Shown here piece after piece: positions 12,510-25,456 of a stretch of 64,000 bases of DNA; positions within the stretch are counted from its first letter, which is position 1, and each line of letters opens with the position of its first letter. The position numbers and the translations under genes were made by a program. The notes under the pieces were generated by a model. It was not told where the DNA came from, made no database searches, and saw only the letters and a program-made list of their open reading frames with translations. The DNA is taken from NCBI GenBank assembly GCA_024137785.1, contig JAHRHZ010000144.1, positions 38,291,729 to 38,355,728 on the forward strand. Direction: 5' to 3'. The stretch comes from Ginglymostoma cirratum. Lineage: Eukaryota.

Positions 12510-13865
12510 TAATTTCTGAAGGTGGAAAATACTAATTTTTCTCGAGTTGTCTTTTTTCCCGTTCCATAAAGCCCTCCTACTTGCTGTCAACTGAATAAAG
12601 TTAGTCACCCATGTGACTGTACGAGCCAATGGCGAGGTCGGGCCCGATTCCCGGATAAGGAAACAGCTAATGACAATTTTTTACAAACTTCGTCCAGAAA
12701 ACCTTGATATAAAAATAAATTATAAACTGCAAAGTCTTTGATTTTTTTCCAGCAGTCACTAAGTATTTGAAGTAGATTCCGGAGAATGCATACAATAGAG
12801 GTTTCCATTTGGAGAGAATAATGACCACTCACTGAGCGCTCGAATATTGCTCAGGTAATTTGCTCTTTTGTCAAAAGAGAATTTTCACCATTCCTTGCTC
12901 TTTTTTCAAATAAATCAAAGATAGAGAATGCATTCTGCGTCTTTGTATTTTTTGTTGTTGTTTTCTCCCGATAGCAACGTGACAATAGCGAGGGAACTTG
13001 GGGAAACGGCCGGCAATCCAGCGTACGCAGGGTGACAAAGGAAGCATCCCGTTAGACAACAAAAAGAATAACAGAGCTGAAGAAAATAATTACAGCTATT
13101 ACCGATGCAGGAAGGTCTTCTGGACAAAGTTATTCAAAGACAAACATAGTCTACTCCGCTAAATTTAGAACAAAGCATCCTGCAACACAAAAAAACAGTT
13201 TGCACATGTTGCTTAAGGACATTGTAAGATCAAAGATACTTTCTCTGAAAGTTTAAAAATCTACAAAGTAGAATATAAGTTTTATATCCGATGGTCTCAA
13301 GCGTTTTTGCTCCAATTTCTGCATAATTTGTTTTTCTCCTCTCGCATCCATGCACATCTATGATCTTTCTAAATTAACGCAGCAACTAACTATTGTATTT
13401 GTAATATGTACAATTCGAATTTTAACTTTTGGCCTAAAATGTATTTTGATCCGATTCAATTCAAAAGCATCGTAAGCTAGTCAAACGCAATACGAAACCC
13501 CAGGCCAATCTTTGTAGATAATTTATCGCCATCGTCATGGAAACGGGCAACATTGAGAAAGAAATACTTAAGTTTCTGTAATCTTAGATTTCCTGAGAGT
13601 AAATCCGGAAGTTTAAAAACGACTACATTCTGACTAATGATCAGTAAATCAACACGTTAAACATCGCAGTTCGATTGCGAATGGAAGCCAAAATAAACCA
13701 TTCAAAGCTGAGCGGCAAGATCTAAAACCTCACTCAATATTGAAAACTGGATTCAAAACAAAAAAAGAGAGGTCACTCTTAATCAAATTACTCTGTATTA
13801 CTTAGAAATAAATCAGTCGAAGCAGTAAAACCCACGAAGAGCAAATTGCTGATTTTCGTAGTGTT

Positions 13866-13950
13866 GGCATCGACCATAGACTCCCCTAGAAACGAATCTG
13901 TGACCGAAACATCACACAAATTCGGTTCTACAGGGTATATATAGACGACG
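13866..13950 (-). ncRNA. mir10b: microRNA miR-10b precursor
   Basis: Mature 5p TACCCTGTAGAACCGAATTTGTG at 13937-13915. 3p arm ACAGATTCGTTTCTAGGGGAGT at 13901-13880 pairs with it. Canonical position upstream of HoxD4. Confidence 0.97.
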
Positions 13951-15581
13951 GGTTACAAACAAATTCGGTGACTAATTACAATAAGGGAAAGTGCTTTAAA
14001 AGACTGCACTTGCAAGCGATCTCCAAATAATTAATGGTGGCCTATTATCAATAACCAAGCAAGCAAAATTCAGACAAAGCGCTTGTTAAACTTTTAAACT
14101 GTTTATCCATTGAAAAATAACAGAAGTCATTGTTTTATATTTAATAGGTGGTAGCAAACATTTCTATGTTCGGTAGTGGCAGCAACATGAATCAGCGTGC
14201 AGAGCGGGCTTGTGCGTACAGTCTACAAGGCAGAAGTTATTATTTGTTACAGTGTTTATGAACCCTGGGTATTTCAGAGAGATTTTATAGGAAACAGTTT
14301 GTACCGATCCGCTCCAGCTAACATTACTAAGTGCCCCAGCGTGAATCAATAATTGCTCCAGATGCTAATAATTTGAACTCACCACTAACAAACCGCAGGA
14401 TGTTATAACAAACATCGCCCGGCCTAAACAATTCCTAAATCTAATCAAATGCAAGTTATACATGGGAGCGCAAATATTGGTTTATTTCGAAGTGTTTTCC
14501 ATTTATTGCTTCTTTCATAAAGTGATAGCAGCCCAGGAAAATAACGATTGTTTGTTCTATTCTAATCTCTACTATTTCCTGAGAGCTGGATCAAATAATA
14601 CTGCAGACAGTGTGCTTCCACATCTAATTAACACAAGTCAGTTGGATCGCCATATGCAAGAAAAAATATATACAATTTAATCTGCCAACTAATCAGGATT
14701 CCCTTTGCCTCTCATGTTTAAGGTGGTTTCTAAACTCGAGTGCATTGTAGGTTCCTTACTTTGCTCTCTCGAATGTCCCTGCAGTGCCACCGCGTTGTGT
14801 GTTAAAGGCTGAAGGGCACGGGGTCAGACTGAAATCATTTACAAACACATCGGAAAGTTGCATTATTATTTTCACTTTAGCGAGTGTCACACGCTGACCT
14901 TTTCTAAGTGTGTGAATCTTGCCGAACTAACTGTTCAGCTAAGTTTACAGTAATTCTCTTCATATATTCTAGTTTTTTTTTCAAAAAAAGGCGCACGCGA
15001 AACAGACTGAGAATAATTATAAACGTGCGCCAACGAAAAAGAGTAAGTGTATTCAATAGTACAAACATTACACTTAAATGCTTTGAGATGCGGTGATTAA
15101 CAAAATAACGTTGAAACTGTACTTTCTGACAGTAAATGTGTATGTCCAGTTCCTGATTTATCTGCTGTTTCTGTCAAGCACAACAAAGGTCTCGGTTTAT
15201 CTACGTTTTATTGTAGAGCAACCAAAATAATCCTCTACAAACGTTCAAATCTATACTTCAGCCTTAAATAAGTTGCTGCTTAGATTATTTTACCTTTGCA
15301 AGAAAAAATAACCTCTCTAAAAGTTTTATCTTATTTACCTGTGATTTTTTTTCGTTTACCCCAATGCGTTAGGAAAGAAAAGAGCTAAACTGTTTTCCAC
15401 AACCAGTGACGCCAACGAATACACCAGCAGTGAATTCTGCTTTTAAAAGCCTTTTTGCAAAGAAAATCCCAGATATCGTTGCAACAGCCGATAATTCGAA
15501 AGCCAATTCTCCTTACAGTTCAAATTATCGCACATTGTGAAGCTGATTGGTACAACGCATTTTAATATTTGTTAGACGCTG

Positions 15582-15598
15582 TGACCTGCATTTCACCT
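15582..15598 (-). promoter_or_regulatory. DR5 retinoic acid response element (Hoxd4 5' RARE)
   Basis: Minus strand AGGTGA-aatgc-AGGTCA, about 3.1 kb upstream of the HoxD4 ATG. Matches the mammalian Hoxd4 5' RARE as I recall it, including the spacer. Confidence 0.88.
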
Positions 15599-18500
15599 TA
15601 CTGCTCGACTCGTTCAGACAGGTCAATGCCAAAGAGTTATTGATGAACAAACCCGATTAAAATTCACCTCTTTTTTTTAACTGCCCACACAAGTGCTGCG
15701 ACTTTTGATCTTCCAGATTTTGACCTAGAGAATGTCAATGCAAAGTAAGTGTTTGGGAAGTGAACCCTATATTTATTCATAGATTCAGTGGTTCAATGAA
15801 AGCTGTTCTTGTCATGAGTCTGCTAAAGCCTTCCTACGTATAAGTACAACAATTAAAAAAAACAAGATTGAATTTTTAAAAAGTTCACCTTTCTAGTGAC
15901 CCAGAAAGTCATTTTCTTGCAGAGGTCCGTGCAGCATAAGCAAGACTGTTTTGGTTTTTAGTAGCAATTACTGTTGATTACATATCAACGCCTAAAGATT
16001 CGCATTGTAAAACTTCGTGCTGAAACGAAGGATCCGCTGCGCTGGCCCATTGCTTTGCGAATACCGGTTAAACATTATCTGGACCTATTTAAAGTGAGTC
16101 CTTGTTTGACGTTTATCTCGTGACTTATTTAGGCCGTTACTTGGAGGGAAAGTAGTATCGGATATTATGTGTAAAGATGGACTGGAGTCTGTAAATGTCT
16201 GAACTTAATATCCTAGCAGAGATTATAATTAGCTAAGGTGAAAAAGCAATCGTAGACCTACGGTGAAAAGAAACATTGACAGTCTCTGATGTGGAAAAGA
16301 CAGGATGTAAACATTTCTATTACTGGCTTTTGATAGCTAAATTGTAATTTACTCAAGATGCTTTACTGTCCCTTTGAAAGTATAGGTCTTGAACCTGTCT
16401 AACTTGATGTGGGGCGTTCTCGGTTTTGGCTGCGTTGATGTTGTCACATTTCCCTTAAATGTGCAGTTTCGAAATATTAGCGTCACATTATATTTGTGAA
16501 CCTATTAATAAGCCATTTCATTAACTACATCATTCATTGTTAACAAAACAACGAGAAAGTACTGAAGCCTACTTTCATTTAAAAAGTAACAAATGTTACA
16601 ATGAGTAATATAAGCTTTTAATAAGTAATTATTTTACCAACGACCTGGTCAACGGTTACAAAAAGCAATATGAAATCATAGAAAGGTAAGCCTAGCCGAT
16701 ATAATCCATGAAAAGGAATGCCCTGGTTAGTTAAATGAACAGTTTATTTAATGAACTGGCAGCCATAAGGCTTGCTGTTGGCCTACATGTTTACAGTGGC
16801 TGTGTTAGTAAACCTGGAGAGGTTTGGAATTTGCAGTTGTCTACACGCCTCTGTTGGCTCTAAAGGAGTACACTTTAAATATCGGCTTTAATTACTACCA
16901 CGTCACTCGACGAAACGGTTTTACAGATGTTATTAAAACCGGAACAATAATTTTCCTCCAAATGACCTTTTGAAGATACAGCCTTGCACTGGGAGGCGCT
17001 GTGTTGAACAGCACCAGTGCAAAATAACAAGCCAACTAAATCTGGCTTTGGATCGACACTATCACAGTAAGATTTAAACACGATTAAATTTTATCTGCAT
17101 TTGCTCTGTATATCTAAGAATCTTGTTCCTTTCAGGGAAAATGAATGTAACGTCATTTCTTCTACGCTGTCGTACAAATTAAACAAAGAATCGTAAAGAA
17201 CGTAAGTTACACACAATTGTTTCGAGAATCATTTTAGAATCCAGCCTAATGCTCCCATTTAGACACACAACGTGACCATCTCGTTTTCCATCCAAACCAC
17301 ATTCGAAACAAGTAACCGCGTCCAATCATTCGTCACGATTTAAGAGAAAACACACAGTTACTTACGAAAGAGTTTCCTCCATTCTGCCAAATCTGTAATA
17401 AAATATTTTTAAAAATTAGATTCTACAGTTAACTTTAAGTGAACCACACACCAAAGATGGAGTTCAATACAACATATAAACGCATGGACTTTCTTATCCA
17501 AACTACTCATGAAGAAACTGAAATACTGTAAACTTCACCAGTTCAGATTCTCTGTCTTCATTACGTTATTTTCAAAGGTAAAGATTTTCACTTTGATCCA
17601 TAAAATAACTTTATAAAAGCAGATCTGTATTTTTGCATACAGAATTTCAAGTAACAATCGATCATTTGTTTTTGGCCTACTAATTAACTTGACTGCCGGT
17701 TTTTTGAAGTTGTTTAAGCATTAAATATGACATGTACTGTCATATATTCTAGGTAAACTGTAATTTCAACATTGACTATGCGCTGTCTTAGCTGTTAATT
17801 GTATCTGGAAATGCACATTTAAACCCTTCATGAGTTAACATGACCACTCGTTGAACTTCTACATTACATCCTTAAGCTTAAAATATCGATCTGTAATGAT
17901 AAGCGACATTAATAAAAAGTCCTGTGTGGACAGTAATCCATTCTCAAATATTTTCCCGTATATCTTGGCATGTCCCTTTTCTCAGTGTTCTGTTTGGCAT
18001 TCTCGTCAATTGCCGTTTTTCGAACATTTAAAGCAGAAATTGCTTTCGCTCGTGTCGCTATGCCAACTTCTCTAACTTCGAAGACTTTCTAGATTTTCAT
18101 TTTTATTTTGTTTTAAGTTATGGATTAATCAATTCAACTAGGATAAAAGGACAAAAGTACCATTTAAAAGAAAAACAGATCCGAATTATTTATGGCTGTC
18201 GTGCCCACAATTTCATTTTTCAATTTAAACATCCTTCGACTCAGCTGTTTGGACAGAACCTGCCCCTGTCATGTTTAATATTTATTTATTTTTATTAGAA
18301 CGAAAATGGTGATTTCAGATCCCATTTTCCACTGTTTATTAATTTGTAGCCCCTCCACCCACTTACCCAACTTTAATACTTGCAATGTCATTTAGAGTTT
18401 CAAGTAACATTTAGCCATAGCTACTATCGATATATAACAAAACCAATTAATAGTGTTAGTTCACTGCGTCTTGCTTCACTCAGTGAGACTATCAAACCGG

Positions 18501-19439
18501 GTCTCGCCGACTGCAGTGTGTTCTTATTACAGCGTTTTTCATATTGAATAGTTGATTCGCAACAGATATTATTAAAAAATACTTTGAGCAGTATATTTCT
18601 AGTCTAAATTGTTCAGAATTAGATCAATTAGAAAATCCTCGAGACTGGACGAAACTGTGGCATTAATAACTGGACAAATGCGTTGAAAATGTCATACAAC
18701 CTCAGCAAATTAATACGGAGGAAAATCGGCAAAGAATGTGAAGTAGATATTTTACTCTTCTTTAAACTTGCAGAATTATTTCTCAAATCAGTTTACATTT
18801 CCCAAGCAGATTTTTTTTCAATTAATCTCGTACATTTATGCAGGAACAATGCGAGCTCCCAAAGCTGGCCTAAAAAACTTGTATATCAACTATATGTGAT
18901 CAAGCAGCACAAGGTTCTTTTATTAAATAAAGAATTCTACGTACACTTGCGTAAAGGATTAGATAAAATCCATAGTTTATTTCTGCATTTTTCATTTAAT
19001 AGTTAAACAGAATTATGACACATATTGTTTATGATTACGCATTTGAAATTATAATTAGATATTTAGGAACATATATAAAGTGCACTTTGTTTATAATATT
19101 GTGATATTATTTCCCTAACTGAACACGTATCATGTAACAGCTAGCTGTTGAATTAAACTCACGTCGCATTGTGATTTCGGGTTTTCTGGCTGGCCAGGAA
19201 ATCGTACATGCGCCCAAGAGCTCCGAATGACATCAGGTGTCACGCGTTCACCAGCTCTTTTAGCGATTAGAAATAACTTACTTGCGGCTTTTCCAGTGCG
19301 AAAGTACCAGGACACCAGAAGACTGCCAAGTCATAACGGTGGATCAGGACAGCTTGCTTCTTGGTGTCACTTTCCACAGACCCTCTCAAAAAACACTAAC
19401 CATCTGCACTTGTCTGCTCTTAACCTAATATATGATGTG

Positions 19440-19580
19440 AATTATATTTTGGCTTGTCAACTCCCAAACCATAAAACAAAGTTTAATGACATCACGTGTC
19501 CTTCCGTAGCCAGTAAGGACCCTGCTCTGGGCCGTCCCTATAAATAACCCTTAAACTTTAAAACTTTTATTCACTAAAGA
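19440..19580 (-). promoter_or_regulatory. Conserved Hox5-Hox4 intergenic element / distal promoter
   Basis: Minus strand CACGTGATGTCATTAAACTTTGTTTTATGGTTTGGGAGTTGACAAG: E-box, Cdx/Hox TTTATGG and TGACA. Resembles the block shared between Hox5 and Hox4 in several clusters. Confidence 0.6.
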
Positions 19581-20409
19581 CAGTCATGTTCATCGTAATG
19601 CTCTCCCAGTAATAGAAAGCTAAAACATCTGAGTACCCAAACGAAGTCTGCCTTGGAGAATAAGATGCCCTTAACTTTAATACGCAATCTGGACAGTAGT
19701 TCTCATGCAGCCACGGGGATCTAGTCGATTTGGTAAGTGTAAATATCCTACAAATAAATATGACCGATAGCTTCGAACCTACAGTGAGGAAAAAAACATT
19801 AACAATTGCTGCTTCCAATTACTTTCTTATCCTATATCTGTCGCTTCAATGGCCTATTATTTCCTTCTCCTTTTCGGTACACAAGTATTCTCAAAAAAAG
19901 TTAACCTAGAAAATTATTCCATGCAATGGATTCTGTCGTAAAACCTTTTTTATAAGAAACATAATTTATGCGATCACGTCTTATCAATTGCTGCATCAAT
20001 ACTCCCAAATATTTATGTCAACATCCATTAATAAAAACAAACTTGTATTATTCTTCCATTCAATAACAGTTGTGAAATTGCCTTTAGAAATTTGACGGGT
20101 CTGTAGTTTAGCTGCTGATTTTCTGAAGTATGACTCATATTCTTCTAAATAAAGTTATTGGAATAGTATGAACTCGACCAACAGTTCTTGCCAACAATAA
20201 TATTTTTTTCTAATTCAAAAAAACATTGAAAGACGGTTCAGCCCAAGGAACCTTTATGAGTTCTGAAACATTGGGTCTAGTATGAGGTGAACGTGGGTGT
20301 CAACCGAATAGATGTAAAGTGAGAAAGTGAAATGGTTTTTGGTCTATTCACAAGTAACCAATTGTTCGTCTCTTTATATATCATTGGAATTCATACACCA
20401 GCTGAAATG

Positions 20410-20433
20410 TTTATTGATAAAACTGACTTTATT
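20410..20433 (-). terminator. Candidate HoxD5 polyadenylation signals
   Basis: Two AATAAA on the minus strand (20428-20433, 20410-20415), about 620 nt after the stop. Confidence 0.45.
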
Positions 20434-21045
20434 TCAATGTCGTAGACAAAAAAAATCACTTATTTCATGTACATAGGACAAAGTTAGACATTGAAACATT
20501 ATATCTGTACAGAATATACAAGACATATATACCTGGGACCACAGCAACACTCGTGCCATAAACATTCCAAGGCAAAATCAAACAAAAGAGAGTTTGATGT
20601 AAAAAGAGATGAAGGGAACAATATTCATCTAAGTTTATAAAATATTATTAATTTAAAGTTTTAGCGAAGCTCTGTTTCGGCGTAGGATTCGTTTATTCAG
20701 AAACCAGATATACAGCACAACTTCATTCTGTTCGCATGAGACAAATGGTTTGCTTGGCTACATTCCGTCGAATGACCTCTTTTATTCTCTGTTATAATCT
20801 AAATTTAGGCATGGTTATTACCACCAATGTATAAAAACACGATTCAACATCTGTTGGTGACAACTGATAAATTGTATCCTTTTCTTTATAAATTGATAGC
20901 AAGACGTTGTACCCACATGAGAACAATGTATTAATAAACCCATCTCATAGAGGAGCACTTAATGTGGCCAAACAACCTTTCCTATTGCAACTTAAAAGAT
21001 CATCTGGACAGCAATATTATACAGCTAGAAACAGGATGAAACAAG

Positions 21046-21297
<252 letters not shown>

Positions 21298-21664
21298 TTA
21301 AGAAAAAGTTGAAAGATGCATTACTAAACGCAGTGAAATTTATGAAATTATAAAATTTCAGACAAATAGATTAATGCCTATGTCCATGATATTACAAAGT
21401 GTTAATTGTTCCGCTATTTTATGTGAAAATAATATAAAATATTTTAATTTTCAATCGGTAAGCTGCAAGCATGGTGCAACTTCTGGCTAATTGTTGTCCT
21501 AATTCGGAGCAACAGTCTTAATGTTCCCATATGATTCAAACTGTCATCCTCTTACAAGTAATCGTTATAGATTTAACTCATGCTTGCTAAGTTATTTAAT
21601 TACTCAGTCTGAAAAATTAATTCGATCACGAATAAAAGGCATGTTAAAAGGTCGAATGGCGTAC

Positions 21665-22163
21665 CTTGGTTAAGGTGCATCTTTTTCATCCATGGGTATA
21701 TCTGCATTTGCAGTGCTGGATCCTTGTCTAGTTGCCCACTTTCCGGTTTGGGGCTGTTCGTCCCCTTAGGATGTTCATCGTTTACCGGCGATGTGTCCTG
21801 GTATGAGTGATTGGACTCTGTGATAGTATCACCCGTCTTAATACCACTATCTGATGAACTTATTAAAGATCCCGAACGGAAGGCAGGTTCAGGAGATTTA
21901 ATTTTCACCCCAGATGAGCTATGAAAGGTGTTACTAACTGTTTGCAGGTAGTTGGTAGACCTTTCACTGTCACCGCACAGATTTGAGTTCGAGCGAGTCA
22001 TGCTGAGGTCTATCCCGGTGTAATCATAGCCATACCTGGCGGAGAGCATTGTCGACTCCCTGAAATGCTCGCCGACAGAAGCAGTGTTTCCATAACTCGG
22101 CAACTGATAATCGTGGCCATTTTGGTAGCGACCTGAGAAGGAGTTTAAAAAGTAGGAACTCAT
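21665..22163 (-). CDS. hoxd5: Homeobox protein HoxD5, exon 1
   Basis: [21 protein letters not shown]...[13 protein letters not shown], donor G|GTACGC, phase 1. Spliced CDS 750 nt, 249 aa. PG5 gene between HoxD4 and HoxD8. Confidence 0.95.
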
Positions 22164-22299
22164 CTGCCTTTAACGGGTTTTGATTTGTGGTTCTTAGACG
22201 TTTATTCGGCACTAGACCGCGCGATATATAATGAAATATGGAAATAAAAGGCACATGTCATTTCTCTGCTTTCTACGTATGCAACCAAATATGGGGCAC

Positions 22300-22345
22300 A
22301 AGTTTAGATCACGTGCTTTATTTGACCAGTCGTAAATTCTTGTGC
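22300..22345 (-). promoter_or_regulatory. Hox5 proximal promoter conserved block
   Basis: Minus strand AATTTACGACTGGTCAAATAAAGCACGTGATC (Hox-type TTTACGA plus E-box), typical of Hox5 promoters. Confidence 0.6.
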
Positions 22346-22406
22346 CTGACCCTGGGGTAATTCATGCAGTGACAATACTTGCTATGACTTAGCCAGCATG
22401 ATCCTA

Positions 22407-22425
22407 CAGCGCTCCCTGCTGGCAA
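22407..22425 (-). promoter_or_regulatory. CTCF motif at the Hox5|6 position
   Basis: TTGCCAGCAGGGAGCGCTG, a close match to the CTCF core consensus. Confidence 0.75.
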
Positions 22426-23329
22426 ACATGTAGAAAGCCAGGTTCATATCGACAAAACAAAATCCCCGGAAGAGGCTTTGACGTTTACACTTTGCTACCT
22501 ATTTTCCAAATAGGTTCATTTGTAGCATGGTTCATAGTTAAAACCCTGTTAAACATTGGGTATGAAAACCGTTTTCTGTTATCGACATTTGATTTGTTCT
22601 TGCCAAAGACATGTACAGGAGCACAGACACAAAGTGAGTATGCGAATAAAAACATACTGCTTAATAATTTTGTAAATGCATAGGTTCGTGTATTAATACA
22701 TATGCAAAGTAGTTTGTGGAACTGGCTTCTGCTGACGATAGGTACAATATTAAGGAACTGCAAAAATTGATGTGATCAGTTTGTTATTCAGCATTACAGC
22801 CCAATAATACAAAATGTTTTGTAACATCATTAACCCTTTCAAATTCAATTCAATTTAAAACTTTTCTTTCGTATTAATTATGCATTCGATCCTTTACTTC
22901 GATATTGGTTGAAAATGAACGATTTGATTGCGGTGAACTGCATGAATCGAAATAAATAACAAGTAAACCTTCTGCAGATATCCGACTCTGATTTTTACTC
23001 AAAGACTTAGGATTAACAACATCGGGAAAGTTTGTTTTCCTGAAAGACTGCTTATCTCAATATAGGATTCACAGGCAGCCTCCCCTCACTTACACCCACA
23101 ATCCGGTTCTCGACACTTAATAGAGATTACAATGTTGTTTTCGTAGAACACTGCGCAGAGCTATTTGCACATTACTTCTATATCTCCATACACAACGCAT
23201 TAAAATCATTTCATAAAGTTTCCCATTAGTTTCCCCATGCAACGCCGCAGCTTGCCCACGAAATTCCGATATCCGTACAATTGTATGTTGTCTGTTGTGA
23301 TTGGGAATTGGTTTCAAAAACGCCATTGC

Positions 23330-24850
23330 AACGTTGTATTTCACTTTGTGACTGGTTACTCGACTCCGAAACCAGCCTGGATAGACTAAGAAGCTAAGCG
23401 GCTGTGCCAAAGCGTTTATCTCTATTTTCGCAGCGGAATTCCTCGTGTATGTTACTACAGTTGTGCCTTGTACAACTCGTGTTTTACTTAGTACAGGTGG
23501 AGGTATTTCTGATGTCTGATGCATATTCCTGTGTACGTGCTGAGGGAATTAAAACCAAAAGAACTGTGGAAAGATAGCCTCCTATTTACAGATTTCCAAA
23601 ACATAAGGTGCAGACTTCAATTTTGGCCTGTTGTCGTTCTCTGCAGTGCAAAGCCAAACAATCTGAGTCCGCCAGAACGGCGTGAAAACTAACAGAGAAA
23701 TGAATGCAACATTTGAACTCGTTTTCGGTTTGAGGAATAGGCGGTTTATAAATTTCAGATTGCGATTTGGAAATGCACAGATGATGAAGGACAGTGGTGT
23801 CAAGCATCAACCGGGCTAGCGCGGGCCTGAAAGACTTCTTACAAAAGTCCGCTCAGAATGGCAGTAATCTTTCAAACACGTGGAGGACATCTATGTGTTT
23901 TCCTTTTCTTTTGCTTTGGAACGAAAAGGGTGTTCCTATAGATTAGTGCGTCGGTTAGCAACAAAATAGTGTTCTCTGGTTTTTGTTTTGACCACCCCAC
24001 CCCACGCACACTAGTTTCTCATACAAACCCACGCAGGATTTGATTTCCTTTCTCTCGCAGAAACATTTGACGTTATTTATCGTGACATGTTGTAGCGTTG
24101 GAGAATTGAGTTATTTGTACGTACTTTCCTGCTACCTATCACTCAAGCTTTTAAGAATTGAAGGGCTAAAGTATTACCAATTAATTGAACTCTGTGTAAC
24201 CACAGTCCGTGTAATCCATGCCAGGGTCCCCTCGACAACATAAACCCACATAGACCCCAGGTATTACTCTGGGCTAATAAGATGTAGAGCTGGATGAACA
24301 CAGCAGGCCATGCAGCATCGGAGAAGCAGGAAGGCTGACGTTTCGGGCCTAGACCCTTCTGAAATTATTCAGAAATTATTATTCTGGTCTTCGGTTTCAG
24401 GGTAGAACCGCAGAGGCCTTGAATAAAAGTGCATTGATTCCAGATCAATCATTGATTACAATTTATAGCTTGCGATGGGTTAAGCTTAAGAAGTAAAAAT
24501 ACAATATTTTAACAAGTGCATTTTAGATAAAATGCCAGACTATAGGGATGGTTTTATTTATCCTTTGTGAAGTTTGATTTGTGTTCCTTTCTTGTAATTC
24601 TGCTTGAAGAACGCAGTTGCGACACAGTCTAACTGACTCTGTCTGACGCTCGTAAATCTAAGGCTGCGGCAGCCGTGTGACACGCGGTGGAAGAAATATT
24701 GTCTTTGTCCTGTACTAACAAATCGGGCCGTTCTTAACAGTATACATTATTGAGCAGCATGTTTTCTACTGCTGACCATAGCGATTTTACTTCTTCTACT
24801 TCACATAACATTTGTACACTTGAAACTTGTGAAATAGGATAGTTCACAGT
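23330..24850 (-). pseudogene. Putative highly decayed HoxD6 relic (two exons)
   Basis: Ordered relics on the coding strand: GTG AAC..SYFT (24847-24828), ..V-YP hexapeptide-like (24420-24391), acceptor tccctcag (23540), IEINAL (23425-23408), WFRSR (23374-23360). Many stops and frameshifts. Confidence 0.5.
24282..24362. mobile_element. Short elasmobranch interspersed repeat fragment, copy 2
   Basis: gctggatgaacacagcaggccatgcagcatc...gacgtttcgggcctagacccttc, homologous to 7112-7201. Confidence 0.7.
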
Positions 24851-25360
24851 CAAACATTTTCCCTTTCAGCAGGCACAATTGTGGACTACGTTCTGACTGT
24901 GGAATGAAGAAATCCTTGCGTGCATCATATACCAACTCATCTTTGTTGATCGTCATTTTCCAGTGCGTCTCCCTTATGGCAAGCTCAGAAGAAGATCGCG
25001 TTCTGCAAATTCGTTTGTTTGCCAACACTGCGAGGACTGAGTTGTCTTTGAGATTGCAATGGACCGTTTCCTTTAAGCCTAGAATCTGTGTGGAATGTTT
25101 GCATTAAAATTGACCAACTTTCACAATGTGATGCCAGTATGAAAGCAGTGCAATAAATGATTTAATGCGAAATGGTTGTCGGGAATCAGACCACGTTTGT
25201 TACAGAAGTTAAATGAAAGATGCTTCCACGAAATTATTGATTCTAAAATTGTTATTTAGAAATCATATTTGAGCATCGAAGGTACCGAAGATGTAGTATG
25301 AGCAAATCCTATTTGAGTGAAGCTTCTAGATACACAATTGGACATTTACTGTGAATTATA

Positions 25361-25456
25361 TACACACACAAACACAAGCAGATATACACACAAGAGACGC
25401 GCGCACACACATAACGCACACAGACACACACACACAGACCGACGCACACAGATACA
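25361..25456. repeat. Degenerate (CA)n microsatellite
   Basis: Interrupted cacacaca runs. Confidence 0.8.

Noticed and set aside
12510-12629. Long N-terminal extensions in the ORF track for D4 (also D10 and D11)
   Set aside because: They start at TTG/GTG inside promoter sequence; the conserved ATGs were used instead.
23117-23524. 135-aa ORF as a functional protein
   Set aside because: Only fragments resemble a homeodomain and key residues (WFQNRR) are altered. Treated as part of a pseudogene relic, not a gene.
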